36,364 bases of DNA from an uncultured Bacteroidales bacterium. GTDB taxonomy: Bacteria > Bacteroidota > Bacteroidia > Bacteroidales > P3. Within the stretch, counting starts at the first letter, position 1. Each line of letters opens with the position of its first letter. The notes under the pieces were generated by a model, which was not told where the DNA came from, did no database searches, and saw only the letters and a list, made by a program, of their open reading frames with translations. The position numbers were made by a program, and so were the translations under genes. Of the stretch, positions 17,356-28,035 are shown in pieces. The DNA is taken from contig CAMWVZ010000001.1 of NCBI GenBank assembly GCA_947177845.1, positions 1-36,364 of the forward strand, read 5' to 3'.

Positions 17356-18213
17356 ATGAAAAGAATCCTTATTGTTGCGGCGATGATGCTGTCTGTCGTA
17401 TGCACGTTCCCCCTCCGGGCACAGGTTTTGGAGGACACGCCGCCTTTGGACAACTTCTATGTGAAGGAAAACACCGCCGACCGCGAACCGCGTCCCTACG
17501 TGCACGTGCGCGAAGCCGATGTCTACATCAAATGGCGTGTTTGGAGAATGGTGGATTTTCGTATGAAAATGAATCAGTATCTCTACTACCCCATTGAACC
17601 GGTGCAGGATAGAATCAGCTTGATGAGCTTGATCATGAAGGGCTTGCAGGACGGAACCATTGTGGCTTACGATCCTCTCACCGACGACTTCCGCAAGCAG
17701 CTCACCTACGAGGAGTTCATCAGTCAGAACACCAAAATCACCGAGTTGCAGAAAGAAGACTTGGATAATCCCGGCCAGTTCATCACCACGAGCGATACTT
17801 CTTCTTTCCAAATCCACAACGTGAAGATGTTGCGTATCAAGGAAGACTGGTTTATCGACAAGCAGCGTTCCATTCGCGACATCCGTGTGCTGGGTTTGGC
17901 TCCCGTTATCCAAGTGTTCGACGATGAAACCGGCCAATTCAAGGGTAATCAGACCTTGTTCTGGCTCTACTATCCTTCGGTGCGCGACCTCTTCGCCAAG
18001 ACCGAATCGTTCAACCGTCACAACAGTGCCATGCGTCAGTCGTACGACGATGTGTTTGCTTGGAACCGCTGGTTTCAGAGCTATATCACCAAGATTGACA
18101 ACCAGCAGGACCGTGCCATTTCCGCCTACGCACAGGGTAAGAACATTATGCGTGAGGCCGAAAAGATAGAAGAAATGCTCTTCGAAATCGAGCACGATTT
18201 GTGGGAATTCTAA
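17356..18213 (+). CDS. porN: T9SS ring protein PorN/GldN
   Basis: It has a signal peptide and GldN-type motifs (KWRVWRMVDFR, IKEDWFIDKQRS, IRVLGLAPV, LFWLYYPSVR). It is the last gene of the operon. Confidence 0.9.
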   Translation: MKRILIVAAMMLSVVCTFPLRAQVLEDTPPLDNFYVKENTADREPRPYVHVREADVYIKWRVWRMVDFRMKMNQYLYYPIEPVQDRISLMSLIMKGLQDGTIVAYDPLTDDFRKQLTYEEFISQNTKITELQKEDLDNPGQFITTSDTSSFQIHNVKMLRIKEDWFIDKQRSIRDIRVLGLAPVIQVFDDETGQFKGNQTLFWLYYPSVRDLFAKTESFNRHNSAMRQSYDDVFAWNRWFQSYITKIDNQQDRAISAYAQGKNIMREAEKIEEMLFEIEHDLWEF

Positions 18214-18237
18214 ACATCGGATTTTTCATAAATGAAA

Positions 18238-18270
18238 AGAGGCGCGGCGTATGCCGCGCCTCTTTTTTTT
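18238..18270 (+). terminator. Rho-independent terminator after porN
   Basis: A perfect 11-bp GC-rich stem, AGAGGCGCGGC / GCCGCGCCTCT, closes a GTAT loop and is followed by a T8 run. It starts 25 nt after the porN stop. Confidence 0.85.
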
Positions 18271-18287
18271 GTAACTTTACGCACGTT

Positions 18288-20396
18288 ATGTTTGACTTTT
18301 TTTCGCAAAGCATCGAGTATTTGAAAGGGGTTGGCCCGGCCAAGGCGAAAGTCTTGCAAAAGGAAGTGAACATAGGCACTTACGGCGACTTATTGGAGTA
18401 TTATCCATTCCGTTATATAGACCGCGGCGGCTTTATTCCCGTCGGTCAGATTCGCGATGACAAGAACTACGTTTCGCTAAAAGGGAAAATCCTCAAGACC
18501 GAAGAAAAGGGGTTCGGGAAAAACAAACGCCTCATTGCCGTATTCGGCGACGGAACGGGGCAAATTGAACTGGTGTGGTTTTCGGGTCTCAAATGGATCA
18601 GTCCCAAAATCAAGGTGGGTACGGAGTTAAAGGTTTTCGGAAAGCCCTCGATTTTCAATCATAGGCTCAACATCAACCACCCCGAAATTGAATTTACGGG
18701 AACGGGGGCGGAAGAACAGGACAAAAGCGAGGGTGGCGGCATTCAACCTCTCTACCCCAGCACCGAAGCCATGCGCCGGCACGGGCTTTCTCCCAAGGTA
18801 ATGGCGGGCATCACCGCCAATCTCTGCACGCAGGCGCGCGGCAGCATTCCCGAAATCCTCACGCCCGCCGTTGTGTCGCGATACGGTCTGTTCAGCCGCG
18901 AAGAGGCTTTTATCCAAGTGCATCACCCGCTCTCTCTGCAACACGCCGAATGTGCGCGTCAGCGGCTCAAGTTCGAAGAACTCCTGCTCCTGCAACTCAA
19001 AATCTGGCAGAGCAAACTCAAGACCAGCAAGACCCCGGGGCTGAAATTCGAGCAAGTGGGCGAAAGGTTCAACTACTTCTATCAGCACAATTTAGGCTTT
19101 GAACTTACCGGAGCGCAGAAAAGGGTGATTAAGGAAATCCGCGCCGACACCCGCACGGGCTTTCAGATGAACCGTCTTCTGCAGGGCGATGTGGGGAGCG
19201 GAAAGACCATCGTGGCCTTGATGTGTATGCTGTTGGCCTGCGACAATGGTTTTCAGGCCTGTCTTATGGCTCCCACCGAAATCCTCGCCCGACAGCACTT
19301 TGCCTCCATTTCCAAGATGTTGAAGGGCATGAACGTGCGCGTGGGGCTTCTGACCGGTTCCACGGCCACCAAAGACCGTAACATTCTGCTCAACCTTCTG
19401 CAAGACGGCAGCATGGATATCCTTATCGGTACGCACGCGCTTTTGGAAGACCGTGTGGCCTTTAAGAATTTAGGCATTGTGGTGATAGACGAGCAGCACC
19501 GTTTCGGGGTGCAGCAAAGGGCGAAACTATGGGCCAAAAACACGGTTTCGCCGCATATTTTAGTTATGACCGCCACGCCTATTCCGCGCACCTTGGGCAT
19601 GACGCTCTACGGCGACTTGGACGTATCGGTCATCGACGAGCTTCCACCCAATCGGAAACCTATCAAAACCGTGCATCTTACCGACCATAACCGTTTGCAG
19701 CTCTTTTCGTTCATGAAAGATGAAATTGCCAAGGGGCGGCAGGTTTATGTGGTGTATCCGCTTATTCAGGAGTCGGAAAACTTGGATTTGAAAGACTTGA
19801 TGGACGGTTACGAGAGTATCAGCCGCGCCTTTCCCATTCCCGACTACCAGCTCAGTATCGTGCACGGCAAGATGCGTCCCGAGGACAAGGAATTCGAGAT
19901 GAACCGCTTTAAGAAGGGCGAAACGCAGATAATGGTGTCGACCACGGTGATTGAGGTGGGTGTGGACGTGCCCAATGCCAGCGTCATGGTGATTGAGAAC
20001 AGCGAGCGTTTCGGCTTGGCACAGTTGCACCAGTTGCGGGGGCGCGTGGGACGTGGGGCCGAGCAGTCGCACTGCATTCTGATGACGGCCGACAAGCTGA
20101 GCAACGATGCACGGGAAAGAATCGACACTATGGTGCGGACCAACGACGGCTTCAAGATTGCGGAGGCCGACCTCCGGCTGCGAGGCCCCGGAGATTTGCA
20201 GGGCACGCGGCAAAGCGGTCTGCTGTCGCTTAAAATTGCCGATATTGTGGAGGACGAGAATATCGTGAAGGCCGCCCGTTACACGGCTATTGAAATTTTG
20301 GAAAAAGACCCCGATTTACACCTGCCCGAAAACCGGGGGCTGTCTGAGGAACTGCAAAAGAACCGCAACACGAATTTTTGGGCAAAAATCAGTTGA
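18288..20396 (+). CDS. recG: ATP-dependent DNA helicase RecG
   Basis: It has a wedge/OB N-terminus (IEYLKGVGPAKAKVL) and helicase motifs (LQGDVGSGKT, VVIDEQHRFGV, MTATPIPRT, QLHQLRGRVGRG). The track start at 18201 overlaps porN and the terminator. The ATG at 18288 follows the terminator. Confidence 0.9.
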   Translation: MFDFFSQSIEYLKGVGPAKAKVLQKEVNIGTYGDLLEYYPFRYIDRGGFIPVGQIRDDKNYVSLKGKILKTEEKGFGKNKRLIAVFGDGTGQIELVWFSGLKWISPKIKVGTELKVFGKPSIFNHRLNINHPEIEFTGTGAEEQDKSEGGGIQPLYPSTEAMRRHGLSPKVMAGITANLCTQARGSIPEILTPAVVSRYGLFSREEAFIQVHHPLSLQHAECARQRLKFEELLLLQLKIWQSKLKTSKTPGLKFEQVGERFNYFYQHNLGFELTGAQKRVIKEIRADTRTGFQMNRLLQGDVGSGKTIVALMCMLLACDNGFQACLMAPTEILARQHFASISKMLKGMNVRVGLLTGSTATKDRNILLNLLQDGSMDILIGTHALLEDRVAFKNLGIVVIDEQHRFGVQQRAKLWAKNTVSPHILVMTATPIPRTLGMTLYGDLDVSVIDELPPNRKPIKTVHLTDHNRLQLFSFMKDEIAKGRQVYVVYPLIQESENLDLKDLMDGYESISRAFPIPDYQLSIVHGKMRPEDKEFEMNRFKKGETQIMVSTTVIEVGVDVPNASVMVIENSERFGLAQLHQLRGRVGRGAEQSHCILMTADKLSNDARERIDTMVRTNDGFKIAEADLRLRGPGDLQGTRQSGLLSLKIADIVEDENIVKAARYTAIEILEKDPDLHLPENRGLSEELQKNRNTNFWAKIS

Positions 20397-20401
20397 TTGA
20401 A

Positions 20402-23260
20402 ATGATGCAGAACATAAATCTTTCGGTTTACGGAGCAAGGGCGCACAACCTGCAGAATATAGACGTGAGTATGCCGCATGGCAAGCTCATCGTGATTACG
20501 GGTTTGAGCGGAAGCGGAAAATCGTCGCTGGCTTTCGACACCATTTATGCCGAGGGGCAAAGGCGTTATATGGAAACCTTCTCTTCCTATGCCCGTCAAT
20601 TTATTGGCGGTCTGGAACGCCCCGACGTGGACAAAATCGAGGGCTTGAGCCCTGTCATCGCCATCGAACAGAAGACCACCAACAAGAACCCGCGTTCAAC
20701 GGTGGGCACCGTAACCGAAATCTACGACTACCTCCGTTTGCTCTACGCCCGTATCGGGGAGGCCTATTCCTATGTGTCGGGCGAAAAAATGGTGAAATAT
20801 ACCGAGGAACAAATCATCGACCTCATCCTGAAGGAATACAAGGACAAGAAAATCCTGATTCTCGCGCCCATGGTGGTGGGACGAAAGGGACACTACCGGG
20901 AGTTGTTCGAGGCCCTGCGCAAGCAAGGCTATCTGAAAGTGCGCGTGGACGGCGAGATTACCGAACTTTCTTTCGGCATGTATGTGGACCGTTATAAAAC
21001 GCACGACATCGAACTTCTTGTAGACAAGCTACAGATTGGCGAAAACGGAAAGACCCGTCTGACACAGGCTGTGAAGACGGCCATGAAACAAGGCAAGGGG
21101 CAAATCCTGATTTGCGATGAAGACGGAGCGAACCCGCGTCATTACAGCCGAAACCTTATGTGTCCCACCTCCGGCATCTCCTACCCCGAACCCGAACCCA
21201 ACACGTTTTCGTTCAACTCGCCCTACGGTGCCTGTCCGCACTGCAACGGCTTGGGAAGAGAGACTTTTCCCGACAAGAATCTGATAATTCCCGATCCGAA
21301 TCTGAGTATTTTCCAAGGGGGCATCGCTTGTCTGCAAGAAAGCACCGGCACCGAGAAACGCGAGAATTATTTGGGCGACAAATGGATTTTCTCGCAAATC
21401 GAAATCATCGGGAAGGTATATGGATTCACCCTGAAAACGCCTATCAAGGACATTCCGGAAGAGGGCTTGCGCGCCATTTTGGAGGGAGAGCACCGCATGG
21501 TGAAAATGGTGGTGGAGGATGTGGGTGTGACCCGAAAATTCGACATTGATTTCGACGGTCTGTATAGTTTCATCAAACGGCTGTATGAGGACAGTTCTTC
21601 TTTGAATGCGCAGAAATGGGCCTCGCAGTTCATGAACAGCCGTGTTTGCGAACATTGTCACGGCACCCGTCTGCAAAATATCGCCTTGCATTTCAAGATA
21701 GACGGCAAGAACATCGCCGAACTTTCGGCCATGAGCCTTGACGAACTCTACGAATGGTGCAGGGATGTGGAACCGCACCTCAGTACGTGGCAGAAAAAAA
21801 TCGGGCACGAAATTCTGAAAGAAATCGGCAACCGCATCAAGTTCTTGCTGGATGTGGGCATAGGATTCCTGAGCCTTTCGCGCGAATCGGGCAGCCTTTC
21901 GGGCGGTGAGTCCCAACGTATCCGTCTGGCCACGCAAATCGGCTCGCGCCTTACGGGTGTGCTGTATATTCTGGATGAACCCAGCATAGGGCTTCACCAA
22001 AAAGACAACGACAAACTCATCGCCTCGCTCAAGCAACTGCGCGACCTCGGCAATACGGTGATTGTGGTGGAACACGACGAAGATATGATGCGGGCGGCCG
22101 ACTATATCATCGACATAGGCCCCGGGGCGGGGGTGAAAGGGGGCGTGGTGATGGCACAGGGACCTTGGGAGGAATTTCTCAAACAGAAATCCATCACCAC
22201 CGACTATCTGAACGGAAAACGGAAGATAGCCATACCCGCCGTGCGCCGCAGGGGAACGGGAAAACTTCTTGTGTTGAAAGGAGCAAGCGGACACAACCTG
22301 AAAAATGTGGACTTGAAGATTCCGTTGGGCACTTTCTGCTGCATCACCGGCGTATCGGGAAGCGGCAAATCGAGTTTAGTGAGTCAGACGCTCAAACCCG
22401 TGTTGAGCCGCTATTTCTACCGCTCCCAAGCCGAAGCCCTGCCCTATCTGGCTATCGAAGGGCTGGAACATATCGACAAGGTGATTGAGGTGGACCAAGC
22501 GCCTATCGGTCGCAGCCCCCGTTCCAATCCCGTTACCTATGTGGGCGTGTTCAACGAAATCCGTCAACTCTATGCCTCCCTGCCCGACTCCAAAATTCGG
22601 GGATACAATGCGGGGCGGTTTTCGTTTAACGTGAAAGGGGGACGCTGTGAGAAATGCGGAGGTGCGGGCGTGGAGACCATCGAAATGAATTTCCTGCCCG
22701 ATGTGTATGTTACCTGCGAGGAATGCAACGGAAAACGCTACAACAAGGAAACGCTCGAAATCCGATACAAGGGGAAATCGATTAACGATGTGCTGGATAT
22801 GACTATCGCGCAGGCCGTGGAATTCTTCGAGAACATCCCCTCCATCTGCACCAAGCTCAAGGCGGTGGACGATGTGGGCTTGGGGTACATCACGCTCGGT
22901 CAACCCTCCACCACGCTGTCGGGCGGAGAGGCGCAACGTATCAAGTTGGCCACCGAATTGTCGAAAAAAAGCACGGGAAACACGCTGTATATCTTGGATG
23001 AACCCACAACGGGCCTGCATTTCGAGGATATACGGATTTTGTTGGACGTGCTTTCGAAACTTGTGGATGCGGGCAATACCGTATTGGTGATTGAACACAA
23101 TCTCGATGTGGTGAAATGCGCCGACTATATCGTGGATCTCGGTCCCGACGGTGGCAAGGACGGAGGAAAAATCATCGCCCAAGGCACGCCCGAAGAAATC
23201 TGCAAGGTAAAGGAAAGTTATACGGCACAATATCTCAAACCTGTTTTAAAAAGAAAGTAA
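20402..23260 (+). CDS. uvrA: Excinuclease ABC subunit A (class I, with UvrB-binding and insertion domains)
   Basis: Motifs include [25 protein letters not shown] and [13 protein letters not shown] second ATPase module has [10 protein letters not shown] and [12 protein letters not shown]. Zinc modules are CPTSG...CPHCNGLG and CEKCGGAG...CEECNGKRY. The ATG at 20402 lies 5 nt after the recG stop. Confidence 0.92.
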   Translation: MMQNINLSVYGARAHNLQNIDVSMPHGKLIVITGLSGSGKSSLAFDTIYAEGQRRYMETFSSYARQFIGGLERPDVDKIEGLSPVIAIEQKTTNKNPRSTVGTVTEIYDYLRLLYARIGEAYSYVSGEKMVKYTEEQIIDLILKEYKDKKILILAPMVVGRKGHYRELFEALRKQGYLKVRVDGEITELSFGMYVDRYKTHDIELLVDKLQIGENGKTRLTQAVKTAMKQGKGQILICDEDGANPRHYSRNLMCPTSGISYPEPEPNTFSFNSPYGACPHCNGLGRETFPDKNLIIPDPNLSIFQGGIACLQESTGTEKRENYLGDKWIFSQIEIIGKVYGFTLKTPIKDIPEEGLRAILEGEHRMVKMVVEDVGVTRKFDIDFDGLYSFIKRLYEDSSSLNAQKWASQFMNSRVCEHCHGTRLQNIALHFKIDGKNIAELSAMSLDELYEWCRDVEPHLSTWQKKIGHEILKEIGNRIKFLLDVGIGFLSLSRESGSLSGGESQRIRLATQIGSRLTGVLYILDEPSIGLHQKDNDKLIASLKQLRDLGNTVIVVEHDEDMMRAADYIIDIGPGAGVKGGVVMAQGPWEEFLKQKSITTDYLNGKRKIAIPAVRRRGTGKLLVLKGASGHNLKNVDLKIPLGTFCCITGVSGSGKSSLVSQTLKPVLSRYFYRSQAEALPYLAIEGLEHIDKVIEVDQAPIGRSPRSNPVTYVGVFNEIRQLYASLPDSKIRGYNAGRFSFNVKGGRCEKCGGAGVETIEMNFLPDVYVTCEECNGKRYNKETLEIRYKGKSINDVLDMTIAQAVEFFENIPSICTKLKAVDDVGLGYITLGQPSTTLSGGEAQRIKLATELSKKSTGNTLYILDEPTTGLHFEDIRILLDVLSKLVDAGNTVLVIEHNLDVVKCADYIVDLGPDGGKDGGKIIAQGTPEEICKVKESYTAQYLKPVLKRK

Positions 23261-23265
23261 AACGT

Positions 23266-24969
23266 ATGTCAACCGTTGATATTATCTGCAAGAACACGGG
23301 CATCCGCAAGGAATACCCGATAGGCGTCACCGCCGCGCAAATAGCCGCCGACCAAGGGGTGCAACTGAAGGATGATATTCTTGGTGTATTGGTCAACAAT
23401 AAGTTGCGGGAATTGGATTACGAAATCTACAAACCCAAGACCCTCGAATTCATAGACATCTACCATCCGCAGGGGCACGCCATGTATATGCGTTCCACGC
23501 TTTTCATACTTTTCAAGGCTGTGCGCGACCTTTGGCCGGAATGTACGCTCAAGGTGGAACATTCCCTTCCGTTGGGGATGTATTGCGAAATCATAGGCGG
23601 AAAGGTGAAGGTGGATGCCGACACCATAACCCGGCTCCGCAAGCGGGCCGAAGAAATCATTGCCGCCGACCTTCCTTTCGGGCGCAAGGAACTGCCTACC
23701 GAGGAAGCCATCGAGATTTTCAAGCAAAACCACCTCAACGACAAAATCCTGCTCTGTCAGACCCGCAACGAGCCTTATACTTCGGTTTATACATTGGACA
23801 ACACGGCCAACTATTTCTATGGCTATTTAGTGCCCTCGACACGTTATGTAAAGTATTTTCACATAGACCCTTATTTCGGGCACGGCTTAATCGCCCTCAA
23901 ACCCGATTCCGAAATCACGATACGCAACAAAGGCCGCGAGTTCTACAGTTCTCTAGTGAAGGAAACGTGGCAGAGAGGCAACAAGCTTTTTTACACTTTC
24001 CAAGAACAGAAAGAGTGGCTGTCGATTATGGGAGTGCCGTATGTGGGCAACCTCAATAAGGAAATCAAGGAACAGGGGGCGGGCAGGCTCATCAAGGTGT
24101 CGGAGGCGCTGCAAGAGAGAAAGTTCGCTTGGATGGCCGACCAAGTGGCCAAGAAACCCGATTGCAAGATTGTGTTGATTAGCGGGCCTTCGTCGTCGGG
24201 AAAAACCACTTTCTGCAAGCGGCTTTCGGTGCAGTTGCAGGTGTTGGGCTACAAAACCGCCGAGATTTCGTTGGACGATTATTTCGTGGACCGTGAGAAA
24301 ACGCCGCTCGACGAGAACGGAGAATATGATTTCGAGTGTTTGGAAGCCATAGACCGCGATTTCTTCAACCAACAGATGCATCAGATTTTAGATGTGTCGA
24401 AAGAGGCCGAAATCAAGCTTCCCACGTTTGATTTCAAGGAGGGAAAGCGCAAGTTTTTGGGCAGGAAGATAAAGGTGACGCCGAAGACCTTGATTTTGGT
24501 GGAGGGCATTCACGCGCTCAATCCCGCCTTGATTCAATTGGACGACCGCTATATATTCAGGATTTTCGTGTCGGCGCTCACCCACATCAGCATCGACGCG
24601 CAAAATCCCGTGAGCAGCACCGACAACCGCCTTATCCGCCGTATGGTGCGCGACGCCCATTTCCGGGGCTCCTCGGCGCTGAGCACCCTAAGCCGTTGGC
24701 CGAGCGTGAACAAGGGCGAAGGGAAAAACATCTTCCCCTATCAGGAAAACGCCGACGTGATATTCAATTCCGCCTTGCTTTTCGAACTGGGCGTTTTGAA
24801 GAAACATGCCGAACCTTTGTTGCGCGAAATACCCGAAACTTCGGAACATTACGGCGAGGCGTGCCGTTTATTGAAATTTCTTTCGTATTTTAGAAACATC
24901 GAAGAGGGAGAAATTCCGCCCACTTCCATTTTGCGGGAGTTTTTGGGTGGAAGTAGTTTTGTATATTAA
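23266..24969 (+). CDS. Nucleoside (uridine-type) kinase with an N-terminal TGS-like domain
   Basis: It has the P-loop ISGPSSSGKTTFCKRL and uridine-kinase-like elements (LILVEGIHALNP, DNRLIRRMVRD). The N-terminal roughly 60 aa resemble a ThrRS/TGS-type domain. The in-frame ATG at 23266 follows the uvrA stop. Confidence 0.75.
   Translation: MSTVDIICKNTGIRKEYPIGVTAAQIAADQGVQLKDDILGVLVNNKLRELDYEIYKPKTLEFIDIYHPQGHAMYMRSTLFILFKAVRDLWPECTLKVEHSLPLGMYCEIIGGKVKVDADTITRLRKRAEEIIAADLPFGRKELPTEEAIEIFKQNHLNDKILLCQTRNEPYTSVYTLDNTANYFYGYLVPSTRYVKYFHIDPYFGHGLIALKPDSEITIRNKGREFYSSLVKETWQRGNKLFYTFQEQKEWLSIMGVPYVGNLNKEIKEQGAGRLIKVSEALQERKFAWMADQVAKKPDCKIVLISGPSSSGKTTFCKRLSVQLQVLGYKTAEISLDDYFVDREKTPLDENGEYDFECLEAIDRDFFNQQMHQILDVSKEAEIKLPTFDFKEGKRKFLGRKIKVTPKTLILVEGIHALNPALIQLDDRYIFRIFVSALTHISIDAQNPVSSTDNRLIRRMVRDAHFRGSSALSTLSRWPSVNKGEGKNIFPYQENADVIFNSALLFELGVLKKHAEPLLREIPETSEHYGEACRLLKFLSYFRNIEEGEIPPTSILREFLGGSSFVY
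24954..24961 (+). promoter_or_regulatory. Candidate -7 promoter box (TAGTTTTG) for murF
   Basis: It matches TAnnTTTG and lies 31 nt upstream of the murF ATG, inside the last codons of the kinase gene. Confidence 0.25.
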
Positions 24970-24992
24970 TAATAGGAAAACACACTTCCTTT

Positions 24993-26324
24993 ATGGAAAA
25001 ACATAGTGCAGAAGAGGTTTACGAACTCTACAGGAAACACCGCACGGTGTGCACCGACACGCGAAAAATTGTGCCGGGTTCCATTTTCTTTGCCTTGAAA
25101 GGCGATAATTTCGACGCCAACGCCTTTGCCGCCGAAGCCTTGGAGAAAGGTTGCGCCCTGGCCGTGGTGGACAACCCCAAATACGCAAAAGGGGAAGGCT
25201 GCATCTTGGTGGACAACGTTCTCAAGACCCTGCAGCAAATCGCCGTCATACACCGTCGCAAGAGCATGATTCCCTTTATCGGCATCACCGGCACCAACGG
25301 AAAGACCACCACCAAGGAACTCGTGAAATCGGTATTGGGGGTACGCCATAAGGTATATGCCACCGAAGGCAACCTGAACAATCATATCGGGGTGCCTCTC
25401 ACCATTCTGGCCATGCCGCACGACACCGAAATCGCCGTGATAGAAATGGGCGCGAACCACCCCGGCGAGATTGCCGAACTCTGCCGCATCGCCCTGCCCA
25501 CTTTCGGGCTCATCACCAATATCGGACAAGCGCACTTGGAAGGCTTCGGCTCTTTCGCCAATATCGTGAACACCAAAACCGCCCTCTACGAATTTGTGAA
25601 GAAGGTGCATGGAAGAGTGTTTGTGAACGCCGACAACCCCATTCTGATGAACGCCTCCCGCGAGGTGGAGCGCTTCTGCTACGGGTCTAAGGAAAATGTT
25701 TTCCTGCGCATGACCCATTTGGAGGAAGAGCAGGTGAAATATACCTGCTGTCTGCACGGAACGCCCTCGGCTCCCAACATCACCAAAATCGAAAGCAACC
25801 TCATTGGCAAATACAATCTGGAAAACCTTGCGGCCGCCGCTTGCATAGGGCGTTATTTCAGCCTCAACGACCAAGAAATCAAAGAAGGGCTGGACCGTTA
25901 CCAACCCACCAACTACCGCTCGCAAGGCATTCAGGTGGGAAAGAATGTGATTATCGCCGATGCCTACAACGCCAACCCCACCAGTATGGCGGCTTCTTTG
26001 GAGAATTTTGCCGAGATGCATTTTTCCGCAACCAAGCTGCCCATTTTGGGCGATATGCTCGAATTGGGAAGCGCCTCGAAAGACGAGCATCAGAAAGTGG
26101 TGGACCTGTTGCAGAAACTCAAATTCGACACCGCTTATTTGGTGGGAGAGAACTTTGCGAAAACCAACCGGCCGCAGAACTACCGCAGTTTTGCCAAAGC
26201 CGAAGACCTCAACGATTTTCTTTCCGGAAATCCGCTGAACATGCACTGCCTTTTAGTGAAAGGCTCGCATGGCGTACACCTTGAGAAAGTAATCGATATG
26301 TTGAAGAAACAAGCCCCTCGATAA
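24993..26324 (+). CDS. murF: UDP-N-acetylmuramoyl-tripeptide--D-alanyl-D-alanine ligase
   Basis: It has DTRKIVPGSIFFALKGDNFDAN, GITGTNGKTTTKE, EMGANHPGEI, DAYNANPTSM and VKGSHG. Confidence 0.9.
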   Translation: MEKHSAEEVYELYRKHRTVCTDTRKIVPGSIFFALKGDNFDANAFAAEALEKGCALAVVDNPKYAKGEGCILVDNVLKTLQQIAVIHRRKSMIPFIGITGTNGKTTTKELVKSVLGVRHKVYATEGNLNNHIGVPLTILAMPHDTEIAVIEMGANHPGEIAELCRIALPTFGLITNIGQAHLEGFGSFANIVNTKTALYEFVKKVHGRVFVNADNPILMNASREVERFCYGSKENVFLRMTHLEEEQVKYTCCLHGTPSAPNITKIESNLIGKYNLENLAAAACIGRYFSLNDQEIKEGLDRYQPTNYRSQGIQVGKNVIIADAYNANPTSMAASLENFAEMHFSATKLPILGDMLELGSASKDEHQKVVDLLQKLKFDTAYLVGENFAKTNRPQNYRSFAKAEDLNDFLSGNPLNMHCLLVKGSHGVHLEKVIDMLKKQAPR

Positions 26325-26337
26325 TTCCCTGCACACT

Positions 26338-27063
26338 ATGAAGAAATCTGCATTTTACAGCATACTGGCCGCCGTATCCCTTGGCTTTTGGCTCCCCGCC
26401 TGCAAAAACGCCAACACCGTGTATGATGCCGGCGGCACTTTGGAAGCCATGAGCGTTACCGTGGCGGCGAAAGGCAACGGAAATATCCTCCGTCTGGACG
26501 TATCCCAAGGCGACAGGGTGGAGAAAGACAGTCTTTTGGGCTATATCGACACCACGCAACTGCATCTGCAGAAAGAAATCCTCCGTCTGAAAATGGACGA
26601 TATGCAGGCCGCGGCCAAACGGGGAGGAACCGTATCGGCCAATCAGCTCCGTATGCAGGAATTGCAGATAGAGCAGGTGCAGGTGATGATAGACGAAAGC
26701 GGCATTACCAGTCCTTTCTCGGGCACGGTGCTGGAATGCTACGCCCGGGAGGGAGAGCAGGCCTATGCGGGACGTCCGCTTTTCAAGGTGGCCGATTTGG
26801 AAAACATGATTCTGAAAGCCTATGTGGATGCCCGTCAACTTTCCTCGCTCCGCTTGGGACAGGCGGTGAAGGTCTATGCGATGAAAGACGGCAGAACCGC
26901 CGAATATGCGGGCACCCTCGTGCATATTGCCGACGAAGCCGAATTCACGCCCAAATCGTTGCAAACGAAAAACGAACGCGCCAACTTGGTCTATGCCGTG
27001 AAAATCCGCGTGCAAAACGACGGCTATCTCAAAATCGGCATGTACGCCGACGTGAATTTCTAA
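26338..27063 (+). CDS. HlyD/YbhG-like periplasmic adaptor lipoprotein (short alpha-hairpin)
   Basis: It has a lipobox (GFWLPAC) and a lipoyl-like half motif (GNILRLDVSQGDRVEKDSLLGYID ... ITSPFSGTVLE). A short coiled coil and a beta-barrel domain (FTPKSLQTKNERANLVYAVKI) are present. Confidence 0.8.
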   Translation: MKKSAFYSILAAVSLGFWLPACKNANTVYDAGGTLEAMSVTVAAKGNGNILRLDVSQGDRVEKDSLLGYIDTTQLHLQKEILRLKMDDMQAAAKRGGTVSANQLRMQELQIEQVQVMIDESGITSPFSGTVLECYAREGEQAYAGRPLFKVADLENMILKAYVDARQLSSLRLGQAVKVYAMKDGRTAEYAGTLVHIADEAEFTPKSLQTKNERANLVYAVKIRVQNDGYLKIGMYADVNF

Positions 27064-27075
27064 ACCCGCGCAACG

Positions 27076-28035
27076 ATGAGCGACTATTCCGTATCCGCCC
27101 GCGACCTGTCCAAGAAATTCGGACACGGACACCACGCCGTACAGGCGGTGGACGGAGTTTCGTTCGATGTGAAGAAGGGAGAGCTTTTCGGGCTTATCGG
27201 GCCTGACGGAGCGGGCAAGACCACCCTTTTCCGTCTGCTCACCTCGTTGATGATTCCCGACAGCGGCACCGCCGTGGTGGAGGGTTTCGACACCGTGAAG
27301 GACTATCGGCAAATCCGCCGGATTATCGGATATATGCCGGGACGTTTTTCGCTCTATCAGGATTTGAGCGTGGAGGAAAACCTCAAGTTCTTCGCCACGC
27401 TTTTCGGCTCCACCGTTGCCAAAAGTTACGATTCTATAAAACCTATCTACCGCTATCTCGAACCCTTTAAGAAACGTATGGCGGGAAAACTCAGCGGAGG
27501 CATGAAACAGAAGCTGGCGCTCTGCTGCGCCTTGGTTCACGCTCCCAAAGTCTTGTTCTTGGACGAGCCCACCACAGGCGTCGACCCCGTGTCGCGCAAG
27601 GAGTTTTGGGAAATGCTCGGCACCTTGCAGGAACAAGGTATCAGTATCGTGGCCTCTACGCCTTATATGAACGAGGCCGTGCGCTGTCATCGTATCGCCT
27701 TTGTGCAGAACGGCAAGGTTTCGGAATGCGACACGCCCGAAAACATACGCCGCAGGTTCCCCCACGCCATTCTTGCGGTGAAGAGCCGCGATACCTTCAC
27801 GTTGTTGCAGGATTTACGGAAATTCCCGGGGGCGCACAGTTGCTATTCGTTCGGCAACTACCAACATCTGTATCTGCATTCCGGGGGCGGTGCAGGCGAT
27901 GCCGCCGACCGTCTACGAGCATACTTGGAAGACAAAGGACACCATGACATAAGCATCCAACCCATGGAAGCCTCTATCGAAGACTGCTTCATGCTTCGGA
28001 TGAGCAAGGAAGGAGGACGTTATGGCGATGTTTAG
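27076..28035 (+). CDS. ABC transporter ATP-binding protein (ABC-2 type, first of two)
   Basis: It has Walker A GPDGAGKTT, the signature LSGGMKQKLAL, Walker B LFLDEPTTGVD, and a roughly 90-aa C-terminal accessory domain. Confidence 0.9.
   Translation: MSDYSVSARDLSKKFGHGHHAVQAVDGVSFDVKKGELFGLIGPDGAGKTTLFRLLTSLMIPDSGTAVVEGFDTVKDYRQIRRIIGYMPGRFSLYQDLSVEENLKFFATLFGSTVAKSYDSIKPIYRYLEPFKKRMAGKLSGGMKQKLALCCALVHAPKVLFLDEPTTGVDPVSRKEFWEMLGTLQEQGISIVASTPYMNEAVRCHRIAFVQNGKVSECDTPENIRRRFPHAILAVKSRDTFTLLQDLRKFPGAHSCYSFGNYQHLYLHSGGGAGDAADRLRAYLEDKGHHDISIQPMEASIEDCFMLRMSKEGGRYGDV

Noticed and set aside
20402-23260. UvrA as a possible class II (drug-resistance-type) paralogue lacking the UvrB-binding domain.
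   Set aside because: The roughly 140-aa segment between the first ATPase N-lobe and the CPTSG...CPHCNGLG zinc module is present. Total length (952 aa) is canonical. The missing first zinc-module cysteines are a known variable feature.
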